Shown here: positions 10,054-18,754 of the stretch, in pieces
Layout of the letters: every line of letters starts with the position of its first letter
How positions within the stretch are numbered: the first letter of the stretch is position 1
Assembly (NCBI GenBank): GCA_963767925.1
Contig: CAVYGB010000002.1
Coordinates: forward strand, 1,408,001-1,472,000
DNA length: 64,000 bases
Direction of reading: 5' to 3'
DNA from: an uncultured delta proteobacterium
GTDB taxonomy: Bacteria > Myxococcota_A > Polyangia > Fen-1088
Notes under the pieces: generated by a model
Told to the model about the DNA's origin: nothing
What the model saw: the letters and a program-made list of their open reading frames with translations, nothing else
Database searches by the model: none
Made by a program: the position numbers and the translations under genes

Positions 10054-10720
10054 TCAAGTCGGCGGAAGCGGTGTGATGATGATGCCGGCCTGCGGGTTCG
10101 GTGGGCCGGCGGGCGGAGGTGGTGCCGGGGGCGGCGGCGGGGGCATCGTTTGGTTCGTTTGGTGCATCCTGTTGCTGATTTCAGTGGCGATCAGACTGCC
10201 GACTACGTTCGTTGCAAGGACCAAGACAGCCCCTCCGACCGCCACGAGAACTGGAACCACGAAAGCCTGTGGCTGATCCGGATTGCCCGCTTGTGGTTCA
10301 GGTCTCGTGAGCTCACTGGGTTCACCTACGTCCCGAAAATTCTATCTTCACTCCGATTTTTCGATGTGTCGAATCCGTCGGCATTTGCAGCTGCCCCGTC
10401 TTCCACTTTCACACGGGGGTCGCGAGCATAGTCAAGGTAGTCATCGGCATGGGACCGGCTGGAGACATTGAGGGTGTTCTCCCCGAAAAGTTCAGACTCC
10501 GAAAGGTATGAGGCCTGGTCGGCGACCGCCTGGGAACCCACTCCTGCGATTGACATGTTCAGTTCACCTTCTTCGGTCACCGCCGCTGTCGCGCTCCATG
10601 CGCCGGGTTCGGGCCGCAGTAGAAACATCAGCAAGTGCTGCGCCATGCGCTCCTCGCAGCGGACCCCCACGAAGTTCGCGGAGGTACCAATGAGTGCGGG
10701 CGCTACCCAAGCCGGCATCG
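10054..10720 (-). pseudogene. Fragmented hypothetical gene ending in a hydrophobic helix and poly-Pro tail
   Basis: The frame ending at 10326 and the frame ending at 10054 (open from about 10340: RDVGEPSELTRPEPQAGNPDQPQAFVVPVLVAVGGAVLVLATNVVGSLI) look like one frameshifted gene whose 5' end is cut by the IS remnant. Confidence 0.4.
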
Positions 10721-10882
10721 ACCGTCGGCCGACTGTCGAGCCGTCGGATCTGTTCGACGGTCTCACGGTACCAGGAGGGCAGGGGCTAAAGCTCCGGTGA
10801 CTCGACCAGGCTGAGCACCGGCATGAAGTCTGAAGGGCCGGTCCGGCGTTCCGATCGAGTTTCCCCGGTCGGACGGTTACAG

Positions 10883-11500
10883 CGCTGCGAGGGGCCCCTT
10901 CACCAGGGCAACTACCGGCGCAAGCCCCGCGGGGCCTGGGCTCGGGCGCGGGGGAGGCGTTCACGCTGCGGTACTCGCTGTGCTGTGGCCGGCGCGGATG
11001 CCGCAAGCGAGCGTTGCCACCGTCGGTCCGCTTCCTGGGCCGGCGTCTCTATCTGGAGGTCGTGGTCGCCCTGGCCGTGGCCTTCGCGCAGGCCGTATCG
11101 TCGCTGGTGCGGGCGGTCAGTGGTGTGCCCCGGCGGACGCTAAAGCGCTGGGGTTCGTGGTGGCGCGAGATCTTTCTGCGCCTGCCGACCTGGGCGACGC
11201 TGCGCGCCCGCTTCGTACCTCCGCCGCCCGACGAGGTGGAGCTGCCCAGATCGCTCTACGAGCGCCTGCGCTCCGATCTCGCGTACCTCAAACGGTCCCG
11301 CGGCCACCCGGCGCAGCCCGAAGTGATGTTGCTGCTGGCGCGCTGTCGGGCGCCCGTCACCACGGGATCCGTGCCGGACGGATCGCGTTTCGTGGGGGCG
11401 CTCGCCGCCGCCCACTGATTCACGCAGAGGATGCCGATTCTCTGCACCCCGCGCATTCCGTAGGGTGCGCGACCATGAGCGACGAGACGAGCACTGCTCG
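10883..11500 (+). mobile_element. IS remnant: Cys-rich HTH accessory ORF (frameshifted) and possible stub of the following gene
   Basis: CEGPLHQGNYRRKPRG / RYSLCCGRRGCRKRALPPSVRFLGRRLY...VPRRTLKRWGSWW to stop 11418 resembles accessory ORFs found upstream of DDE transposase/AAA ATPase pairs. An ATG at 11475 is followed by unrelated sequence. Confidence 0.6.
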
Positions 11501-11991
11501 TTTCCTTGGAATCGAAGGCGACGACGTAGCCCGGCCAAGCGTAAGCGGGACGGGACGTGAGGCTCATGAAGTCGACGCCGTTAGCAGAAAGGAACCGCTC
11601 CAGACGGCGCCGCGGTAGGTAGGAATTTCGGCTCTCCTGACATCTTCGTGGGTGCACGTGGGCACCGCAGAGACCCGTCTTCCGACGAGAAACTCGCCGC
11701 CAGAGCTGTGACTGACCCCCAGTTGGCCGTACGCGCCAAGTGGGGGTACCAGCGCCTGTCGGCGGCGTCCAGGCCAAGCGGCCTGCGGCCGTCACTACGC
11801 GAGCCTGGACCCCGCCGCCCGTCGCTGCCGGAGGGCGAAGATGCGGCCAGCGAGTAGCCTGGCCGCCGGCCCAGGCTTCAGCAAGACGCGGATCGGACAC
11901 CCACGAAGATGTCAGGAGACCCGGAATTTCGGACGTATCCCAAGGTCGCCAACCCGCCCAGAACCGCCAAGATGACCAGCGCCCACATCAT
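11500..11991 (-). pseudogene. Cassette-borne membrane-anchored protein interrupted by a MITE and truncated by the IS remnant
   Basis: ATG 11991 lies just after an attC site. Removing the MITE restores MMWALVILAVLGGLATLGYVRNSYLPRRRLERFLSANGVDFMSLTSRPAYAWPGYVVAFDSKE. Confidence 0.7.
11630..11922. mobile_element. 293-bp MITE with ISL3-like ends
   Basis: 25-bp terminal inverted repeats GG(C/G)TCTCCTGACATCTTCGTGGGTG (1 mismatch), flanked by the 8-bp direct repeat GGAATTTC (11622-11629 and 11923-11930). No transposase inside. Confidence 0.85.
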
Positions 11992-12011
11992 TCTTGATGC
12001 CCTTCAAATCC

Positions 12012-12094
12012 GTCTAACGTCCTGGCGTTCAGCGGCGAGCGGGCGACCGAGCGGAGCGAGGGAGTCGGTCGTCCGCTGCAACGCCTGGTTGGGC
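12012..12094 (-). mobile_element. Integron attC site
   Basis: Minus strand: GCCCAAC-N5-GTTGCAGC ... GCTGAAC-N8-GTTAGAC. This gives RYYYAAC/GTTRRRY ends, an L-box pair with one extra-helical base, and a central stem CGACCGA/TCGGTCG. Confidence 0.85.
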
Positions 12095-12274
12095 AGCGCC
12101 GAAGTTGGCCGTCGTCGCAGTGACCCTCCGCGGAGGCTGGGAGACATGTTCCCGCCCAGAGTTCACCTCCATCGCTCGAAGAGCATTGAAGATGGCCTCG
12201 ATATCGTAGTTGTATTCCTTGGCTATTCCGTCGCGAATTGCGCGAACCTCGTTGACGATTGGATCGTCTGTCAT
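12029..12274 (-). CDS. Small putative antitoxin downstream of the PIN gene
   Basis: MTDDPIVNEVRAIRDGIAKEYNYDIEAIF; ATGA overlap with the PIN stop; C-terminus runs into the attC. Confidence 0.7.
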   Translation of the reverse strand: MTDDPIVNEVRAIRDGIAKEYNYDIEAIFNALRAMEVNSGREHVSQPPRRVTATTANFGAAQPGVAADDRLPRSARSPARR

Positions 12275-12750
12275 GGCTCCTCCTGATTGTCGAGCTCCTC
12301 TGGAGTGCAGATAACGGGCGGTTGAAACCCACTGCTGCGACAAACGGCCTCGATTCGAGGTCTCATTACCGCGTTCGCGATGTGGCGGCAGTTCCAGGTC
12401 AGCAAGAAGTCGAGACCGTTGACGGTGGCGATGGCTATGTGAGCGGCATCGATTGCCGCCTTCCTCGGCACAGCTGCTGTCGCGACGAGCTCTGAGGTGA
12501 GGCGCTGGGCTTGTTCAGTCGCGGAGAGGATCTGCAGGTCGGCGGCAGCATCGAGTCGGCGTTTCACTGCTTCCGGATCGCCTCGTTGCAGCTCAGCCAA
12601 AACCGCCTCCGAGAGGAAAAGCTCGAAGTCACCGCGCTTGCTCCACCACTCGATGGTGATTCGCTGATGCGCAGCGACAATCAGATCCCTGCTCGGCAGC
12701 GCCGTGAGGTAGCTCAGAACGGAGGTTTCGACGTAAACGCTCGATTTCAT
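12271..12750 (-). CDS. PIN-domain (VapC-like) toxin
   Basis: VYVETSVLSYL, AVLAEL, IDAAHIAIA, LLTWNCRH PIN motifs. Confidence 0.9.
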   Translation of the reverse strand: MKSSVYVETSVLSYLTALPSRDLIVAAHQRITIEWWSKRGDFELFLSEAVLAELQRGDPEAVKRRLDAAADLQILSATEQAQRLTSELVATAAVPRKAAIDAAHIAIATVNGLDFLLTWNCRHIANAVMRPRIEAVCRSSGFQPPVICTPEELDNQEEP

Positions 12751-12872
12751 TGCGACTGTGGGCTCGTGGGGAACGAAAGAAGCCAGGTGAGTCTATCAGA
12801 CTGGTCAAGTCGGCGACGTCGGGGCGTGTCTGGCACGGTTGGGATTGGCCCCCCCTGCGGACGCCGAAAGCG

Positions 12873-12963
12873 GACCAACGACTACTGTCGTTCAGAAGAG
12901 GGAAAGCGAGGGAGCGCAGCGACCGAAGCGATCGTCCGCCTGCAACCCCGACTTGGGTTGGGC
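12873..12963 (-). mobile_element. Degenerate integron attC site
   Basis: Minus strand: GCCCAAC...GTTGCAGGCGGACGA...CTCCCTCGCT...CTGAAC...GTTGGTC. Starts 4 nt after the DUF4145 stop and is homologous to the attC at 12012-12094. Confidence 0.7.
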
Positions 12964-12967
12964 ACCT

Positions 12968-13345
12968 CTATGGAACGCGTTTCTTGGCCCGAAGAATGGC
13001 CTCCACCGAGGGGCGGTCATCATAGAGGTCCTCGATGATACGCTGCGCGTAGTGTCGCGCGGCACCCACGTCATCCGGAGCGACGGGATGCCATTCGTCG
13101 TGGAGGACGTCGTTTCCGAGAACACGAACTTCCTCATGGGCCCTCTTCCTTCGCGAATCCGTGATCACCCCGTCAGCACACGCGGTGTCGATTTTGGCCG
13201 CAAGAGTCCCAGAGCGGTAGCCGTTGGCGTTGAGGGTCTTCTCCAGTGTAGAGCGGATCAGCGCTGACGCTGCTCTCCATGCGCCGAACGCCAGACACCG
13301 CTCCGCCTCCCGAAACTCCTTTTCGATTCCCTCGGGGATCCCGCT
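12968..13345 (-). pseudogene. DUF4145 (HEPN-like) domain protein, 5'-truncated
   Basis: IPEGIEKEFREAERCL...AASALIRSTLE...LAAKID...RVLGNDVLH. The upstream frame is phoD sequence, not its own N-terminus. Confidence 0.75.
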
Positions 13346-14190
13346 GCGCACGTCGGTCAGGAACAGGGCGATGGTCCCGTAGGTGAATGATCGATAGAGC
13401 GCCGCGGGGCGCCCCTTCATCCCCGGCCAGGCCCGCGAGCCCTGGTAGTCGAAGAAGGCGTCCAGGGCGGCACCGGCCACCTTCTGCCAGTCGGGGCTGG
13501 CGTGTTCCTCGCGCGAGCCATAGTTGTCGACGATCTCATGGTCGTCATGGTCAAGTGGCAGGCGCGCTCGGCGCCCAGGCGCAGGAAACCGGGCACGGCC
13601 CAGCAGCGGCGGTACAGCTGGTCGTAGCGCCGGCGGATCTCCTGGGCCGGTAGACCCAGCAGGACTGATTCTTTCCGGTCGAGCCGTGCACCGACAGGCA
13701 GGGGGGCTCGTCGGCGTAGACCTGGTCCCCGGTCAACAGCAGGAAGCGCGCCTCATCCGCCACCAGCGCCCGGTTGCTGGCCGCCAGCATGTCCAGCGCG
13801 TCCCGGGACAGCCCCCCCGCCCGCTCGAAGGGCTGATGGCAGCTGCCAAGGCGAAGCTGAAGCGATCGGGGGTGTCGGCGAAGCCGGCTGGGGCGGTGAC
13901 GAAGCGCCCCTCCCCGCAGACCTGGCCGGGCGCGGTCTGCAGGGGAAAGCAATAACGGGTGACCGGGCGGAGATCCTGGTGCCCCGGGAAGTCGTCCGGA
14001 TAGGTGACGGCGGTGGTGAAGTCCGCGGCCGCGGACAGCGCCGGCTGCCATTCGCCCCGCTGCTCCCCGCCACTGTCCGGCAGCAGCACCAGGGTCAGGC
14101 CCGCCTCCCCTCCCTCAGGAACCCGGGCCCACAGACGCGCCGACCGGTGGTCGACGCTCCCCACCCCCACAGCGCCCGATCTGGGCGGGG
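13346..14190 (-). pseudogene. Alkaline phosphatase D (PhoD-family) remnant
   Basis: VGSVDHRSARLWAR, GSCHQP, LLLTGDQVYAD, DDHEIVDN, YRSFTYG..LFLTDVRS spread over several frames; C-terminal half missing. Confidence 0.8.
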
Positions 14191-14436
14191 GTGGTCATGG
14201 GTGGGCCTACATCCCTTTCGAGCTGCGCACGCGCGTGGCCCTGGCCACAGGCTCACCAAGCCCCAAGCAAGGGTGGCCGCAACAGCAGATCTGAAAGCCA
14301 ACCATCCGTTTCCCGTGCCGCCAAACCGTCCCGGCAAACCGTAGTTTGCAAGCAGGCTCAATGAAACGGCCAGGACGAACGTGATTGCCAGGATGGCGAT
14401 GAATTGCATTCTCGTATGGAGGAAGTTTCGCTTCAT
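14095..14436 (-). CDS. Small membrane protein (paralog of 9779-9991) with read-through tail
   Basis: The first about 64 aa align with the 70-aa protein; the remainder runs into the phoD remnant. Confidence 0.65.
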   Translation of the reverse strand: MKRNFLHTRMQFIAILAITFVLAVSLSLLANYGLPGRFGGTGNGWLAFRSAVAATLAWGLVSLWPGPRACAARKGCRPTHDHPRPDRALWGWGASTTGRRVCGPGFLREGRRA

Positions 14437-14907
14437 CTGGATGCTCGTGCGCGAATTGCAGTTATCTCACAGGGCGAGCTCACCTCGGCGAAGGTGGTGC
14501 TGCGGATGCTGTTCATGGAAGTTCTCCTCGGCGGTTCGGTTGTCGGTGTCGCTTGGTTGCGCGGACCACCGATACAGCAAGGGCGGTGCCGACCGGCGGT
14601 GCGCCGAGGGGCGCGCCCGAGACCGCGAGGATGCAGGGTATTCCGCGAGATCGCCGCGAGAAGACGCGTTGATGGCGACGGCCCGAAGCAGTAGCCAATC
14701 GCTTCGACAGTCGCCGACAGTCGGCCGTGAATTACGGGTCAGGACCGCGTGCAGGGAACGCGCTGGGGGTGAGCGCCACGCCGGGGACGCGGGGGTCATC
14801 TCGGTCGCTGGCGCCAGTCGCTCTTGCTGTCCGAGGACGGCGACGGGGCCGGCGATGGCGCTGGGGCCGGGGGGCCGGCTCAGTCCTCGGGCACCGACAG
14901 CCGGGGA

Positions 14908-15855
14908 TCATGAAAAATAGGCCTGGCACCACCGGCTCACCTCGCGCCAGACGACCTGACGAACCTCTGGCGCCGAAAGCGTCAGGTCATGGACGCCGCC
15001 GGCGATCCTCACCGACGAGACGTGACCGCCGAGGTCGTTGGCGTGGGCCCGGATGTGGCGCACGTCGAGGATGGCGTCGGTGCGCCGCAGGCGCTCGTCC
15101 CAGATCCGGGCCCGGGTGCTGGCGTCCGAGTACATCAGCAGGATCGGACAGGGGATCTCGAGGCCGGCGTGCAGGCGCTGGTGGGCGCGATGGATGGCCC
15201 GCACCCACCCGGCGCGCAAGGGAAAGCCCTCGATCGGCTTCCACTCGAGCTGGTAGTCCCAGGTCCCGCGGCGGCTGCGGTGCAGGCTCTCGCCGTAAAG
15301 GGGTGAGAGCGCGAGCGGGAGCACCCGTCGGGGACTCCACCCGCCGAGGAGGCCGAGCAGCGGGATCGTCACCTTGCGGGTGAACCAGTCGGCGTTGAAG
15401 TCGAAGAAGGGACTGTTGAGAAAGAGCGCGTCGATGGTCCCAGCCTCGCGCCGTTCGTGGGCGTAGAGCGCGGCCACCAGGCCGCCGGTCGAGTGTCCGC
15501 TCAGCAGCACGCGCTGATTGCCGTCGGCGCGCACGAGGTTCAAGGCCTCGTCCAGCTCCTCGAAGTACTCGTGCACGTCGCGGCAGAAGTTCGGCGTCTG
15601 CCCGGGCCGCAGCGAGCGCCCGTATTTCCGCAGATCGAGGGCGTAGAAGTTGATGCCCGCGTCGAGGTAGGCCTGGGCCATCTCGCGCTGAAAGAAGTAG
15701 TCGACGAAGCCGTGCAGGTAGAGCACCGCCCGCCGGGACGGCTGCGGGCAGGCCTTGCCGATCAGGGTCGCGACCACCTCCCCCTCGTCGTCCGCGCTCA
15801 GCGGCAGCGTCTGCTGCCAGAAGCCGTTTCCGAGGACGTCAGGCAGCCGCTCCAA
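14908..15855 (-). CDS. Alpha/beta hydrolase (lysophospholipase-like)
   Basis: YLHGFVDY, DLRKYGRS, nucleophile elbow GHSTG, GGVHDL. Confidence 0.9.
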   Translation of the reverse strand: MERLPDVLGNGFWQQTLPLSADDEGEVVATLIGKACPQPSRRAVLYLHGFVDYFFQREMAQAYLDAGINFYALDLRKYGRSLRPGQTPNFCRDVHEYFEELDEALNLVRADGNQRVLLSGHSTGGLVAALYAHERREAGTIDALFLNSPFFDFNADWFTRKVTIPLLGLLGGWSPRRVLPLALSPLYGESLHRSRRGTWDYQLEWKPIEGFPLRAGWVRAIHRAHQRLHAGLEIPCPILLMYSDASTRARIWDERLRRTDAILDVRHIRAHANDLGGHVSSVRIAGGVHDLTLSAPEVRQVVWREVSRWCQAYFS

Positions 15856-15996
15856 TGCAGGCCCCTTGTAACACGCGGGGCCTGCCGCTCGATTTTCCTA
15901 TCGTCCGCCATCTCGGGGACGGGCCAGGACGCCACGCGGGAGGAGACGCGTGCTCCACTCGGCGCGTGGCGTCCGTGGCGCTGGCGATCTTCCGGA

Positions 15997-16401
15997 TCAG
16001 CCGCGGGAATCCTTCGGCCGGTCTGGCGAGGTATCCCTCGGCCGGTCTGGCGAGGTGTCGCGGCTGGCGTCGGAGGGGCCGCCGTCGCGGCGGGTGCCGC
16101 GCATGCAGCGGGCCTCGCGGCACAGGGCGCCCGACTGGCAGGTGCGGCCGCAGGCGCCGCAGTTGCGGGCCTCGCCGCAGCGATTGGCGGCCTTGCCGTC
16201 GCAGGTGGCCATCGCCACCGGGCAGACCGTGAGCTGGTCGAACGGCCCGACGATGGCCGTCGCGGGGTCGCCTTCCGCCTCGGCCGGCTCCTCGATCATC
16301 AGCCCATATTCGGGGTCTTCGATCGTGTTGGGGACACACGCCCCGCTCAGCGCCAGCGCGACAACACCGAGCGCGATCGATATGTAACGATTTGAGATCA
16401 T
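15997..16401 (-). CDS. Small Cys-rich lipoprotein
   Basis: Lipobox-like LSGAC; NCGACGRTC..C....C module; 24-bp duplication at 16011-16058 (RDTSPDRP x2). Confidence 0.7.
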   Translation of the reverse strand: MISNRYISIALGVVALALSGACVPNTIEDPEYGLMIEEPAEAEGDPATAIVGPFDQLTVCPVAMATCDGKAANRCGEARNCGACGRTCQSGALCREARCMRGTRRDGGPSDASRDTSPDRPRDTSPDRPKDSRG

Positions 16402-16566
16402 ATGGATTTTCTCCAGGTTCCTGTTGCGGCGACACTAGGCGCTGCGACCTGATGAATCAATGTCGCATTGTGCGACGCTCCAGGTGGCGCCCGGATCTCC
16501 GCCGACGCACCCGCTCGCATTCCGGATCTGCGCCTCGAGAGGCGTCCGACGGACCGCGCGGGCTGC

Positions 16567-17217
16567 CTACCGGCTGTCCGCGTTCCAGGCCGTCCAGCGC
16601 GAGCGAAGCTGCGCGAACGCCTCGGGCGGCAGGCCATAGGTCGTGATCAGCACGCTCCGCTTTCCCAGGGGCGCGTCGGGACCCGGCGGCGAGCGGTTCA
16701 AGATGAGCAATCCATCTCCCCAGGCCGGGATCAGCCACGCCTGCTGGTGCTGGTTGTGAAACCAGGGCGACCCCGACAGCGACTCGGGCCCGGGGATGAC
16801 GCCCGTCGGGCTGACCTCCGGGGCGCGCAGGGGCGTCAGGTGTTGCAGGCTGCGGCGGTCCTGCCCGCGATGGCGCTCCAGGGCCAGCCGCAGCTGGTGG
16901 GCGAAGGCGATCCAGCCCTCCTCGATCACATCGTATGCGGGGGGCTGCCCGCTGTCCGGCATGACGATCTGGAAGGTGGCGCCACGCGGGGCGGGATTGA
17001 CCAGCAGGCTGGTATCGGCGCCGATGATCGCCAGCGCCCGCTGCGGCTCCGTCACCTCCGCGCCCCGCACGAAGATGGCGTCGATCTCCTGGTCCAGTCC
17101 GGGGTAGTCCCAGCCGAACCAGCGTCGGACCTCGGCTGGCTCCCGGAGCGCCCGCCACACCACGTCCGGCGGAGCGTCGACCTCGATGTCGACCACGATG
17201 CGTCTCTTGCTGGTCAT
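16567..17217 (-). CDS. SRPBCC/Aha1-domain protein
   Basis: IEVDAPPDVVWRALREPAEVRRWFG; start overlaps the upstream stop. Confidence 0.8.
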   Translation of the reverse strand: MTSKRRIVVDIEVDAPPDVVWRALREPAEVRRWFGWDYPGLDQEIDAIFVRGAEVTEPQRALAIIGADTSLLVNPAPRGATFQIVMPDSGQPPAYDVIEEGWIAFAHQLRLALERHRGQDRRSLQHLTPLRAPEVSPTGVIPGPESLSGSPWFHNQHQQAWLIPAWGDGLLILNRSPPGPDAPLGKRSVLITTYGLPPEAFAQLRSRWTAWNADSR

Positions 17218-18005
17218 GACGAGACCTCCTCGATGGCCGCCCGACTGGGGTAGAGCGCCTCCAGCGCCGGGCGCCAGCGGGTCTCCAGCGACCGGACGGC
17301 CGCCTCGTCCAGGCCGTAAGTCAGGAACGTCAGCCACACGGTCGCTTCGCCGTTGCAGCCGCCGATGTCGACGGTCAAGCGGGCGTCGCCGAGCTGTCGC
17401 ACGGTGAGGGCGAGCGCCCGCGGGGGCGACCACAGCTCGACCTTCCCCTCCAGCGTCTCCCCTGTCGCCGGTTTCGCGCGGTAGGGACCGGGCCCACGTG
17501 CGTCGAGACCCAGCCCGCCAGGGCCGACCAGCCGGGCCCAGACCTCCTCGAGCGCCAGCCCCGGGACTGGCAGCGGCATCATCACCTGCCGGGCCGGGCC
17601 CGTGGGGTGTCGCTCGAGCATGTGCTTGAGGTTCGCGAGGTACACGGCCCAGCCGCGATCGAGGGCATCGATCTCGTCGTCCCACTCTGCCCCCTCGCCG
17701 AAGCCGGACTGGACCAGGCGCAACGTCGTCGTCCCGCCCGCGCCCTCGATGTGCCAGTCGGTGGCGACCTGGGGCGGGTCTCCCCGCGTGCGCAGGTGTT
17801 TGCCTTCCTGCCACACCTCGATGCGCGTCTGCCCGGCCATGCCCGGCCAGCTCAGCCAGATGTGGCCACCTTCTTCGGGCACCACCCGGGCGTCGAGCGC
17901 GAACCAGCGCACGATCTGCTCGGCCTCGGTCAGGGCGCGCCAGACCGCCTCGGGCGTCGCCTGGATGGTGACGGTCTTCTCGAGCTTGCGCTTGCCATCG
18001 CTCAC
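17214..18005 (-). CDS. SRPBCC/Aha1-domain protein
   Basis: IQATPEAVWRALTEAEQIVRWF ... GWAVYLANLKHMLE. Confidence 0.85.
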   Translation of the reverse strand: MSDGKRKLEKTVTIQATPEAVWRALTEAEQIVRWFALDARVVPEEGGHIWLSWPGMAGQTRIEVWQEGKHLRTRGDPPQVATDWHIEGAGGTTTLRLVQSGFGEGAEWDDEIDALDRGWAVYLANLKHMLERHPTGPARQVMMPLPVPGLALEEVWARLVGPGGLGLDARGPGPYRAKPATGETLEGKVELWSPPRALALTVRQLGDARLTVDIGGCNGEATVWLTFLTYGLDEAAVRSLETRWRPALEALYPSRAAIEEVSS

Positions 18006-18571
18006 GGTGAAACCTCCTTCGCAGCAGGGGCAGGAGCGGCCCCCGCGGTCGGGTGCAGCCCCAGAAACAGACGGTACCGGCGCCCGCCGGGGTGCCGGTC
18101 GTCGTGGTGTCGCGCGACCAGGTCCGCCACCGACTGTGCCAGCTCGTCGGCGAAAGCCCGCCGGGCCTGCGCGCTGGAAAACCGGATCTCCGACTGCAGC
18201 GTGAAGGTGGGGAGGGACTTGCCCTCCTGCTGCGCACGCTCGCGCAGCGCCGCCAGCTCGCGCACACTGCGCGCCGCCACGGCGATGAGGTAGCCGGAGG
18301 AGAACCGATCCGCCGCCTGGTCCGGGTCGGGCGAAAGCGCGGCCAGCGCCTGGGCCGACACCAGGTAGGCCCGGGAACTGGCCTTGACCAGCCGCTCGAC
18401 AACGTTTCCGGTCCGGCGCTCCTCGACGAGCTCGATCAGTCCCTGCTTGTCCAGGGCCCGCAGGTGGTAGCCGACCTGCTGCCGGGGCACCTGGAGCGCC
18501 CGCGCAATCGAAGCGGCCGTCGTGGGCGTGGCGAGGCGCTCCAGGATTCGCGCCCGCAACGACTGGGACAT
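18002..18571 (-). CDS. ArsR-like winged-helix transcriptional regulator
   Basis: LRARILERL..TAASIARALQVPRQQVGYHLRALDKQGLIELV. Confidence 0.85.
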   Translation of the reverse strand: MSQSLRARILERLATPTTAASIARALQVPRQQVGYHLRALDKQGLIELVEERRTGNVVERLVKASSRAYLVSAQALAALSPDPDQAADRFSSGYLIAVAARSVRELAALRERAQQEGKSLPTFTLQSEIRFSSAQARRAFADELAQSVADLVARHHDDRHPGGRRYRLFLGLHPTAGAAPAPAAKEVSP

Positions 18572-18583
18572 GCCCCGGTTCTG

Positions 18584-18627
18584 GACCGGAACACTTTATA
18601 GGTCAAGGAACAAAAAGTGTTCCGGTC
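18584..18627. promoter_or_regulatory. Putative operator: 14-bp perfect inverted repeat
   Basis: GACCGGAACACTTT-N16-AAAGTGTTCCGGTC, 12 nt upstream of the ArsR-like start. Confidence 0.7.
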
Positions 18628-18754
18628 GGGGGGGCCGCACAGGCTCTCGTTCCGGGGATGCGGCGGATGCGCGCGCGTCCGCAGAAGATTGGTGTCCCAT
18701 CAAACGCACTCGGGCCCAGCCATGCGTCGCAGGCGCGGTGTTAGCCTGGGGCAG

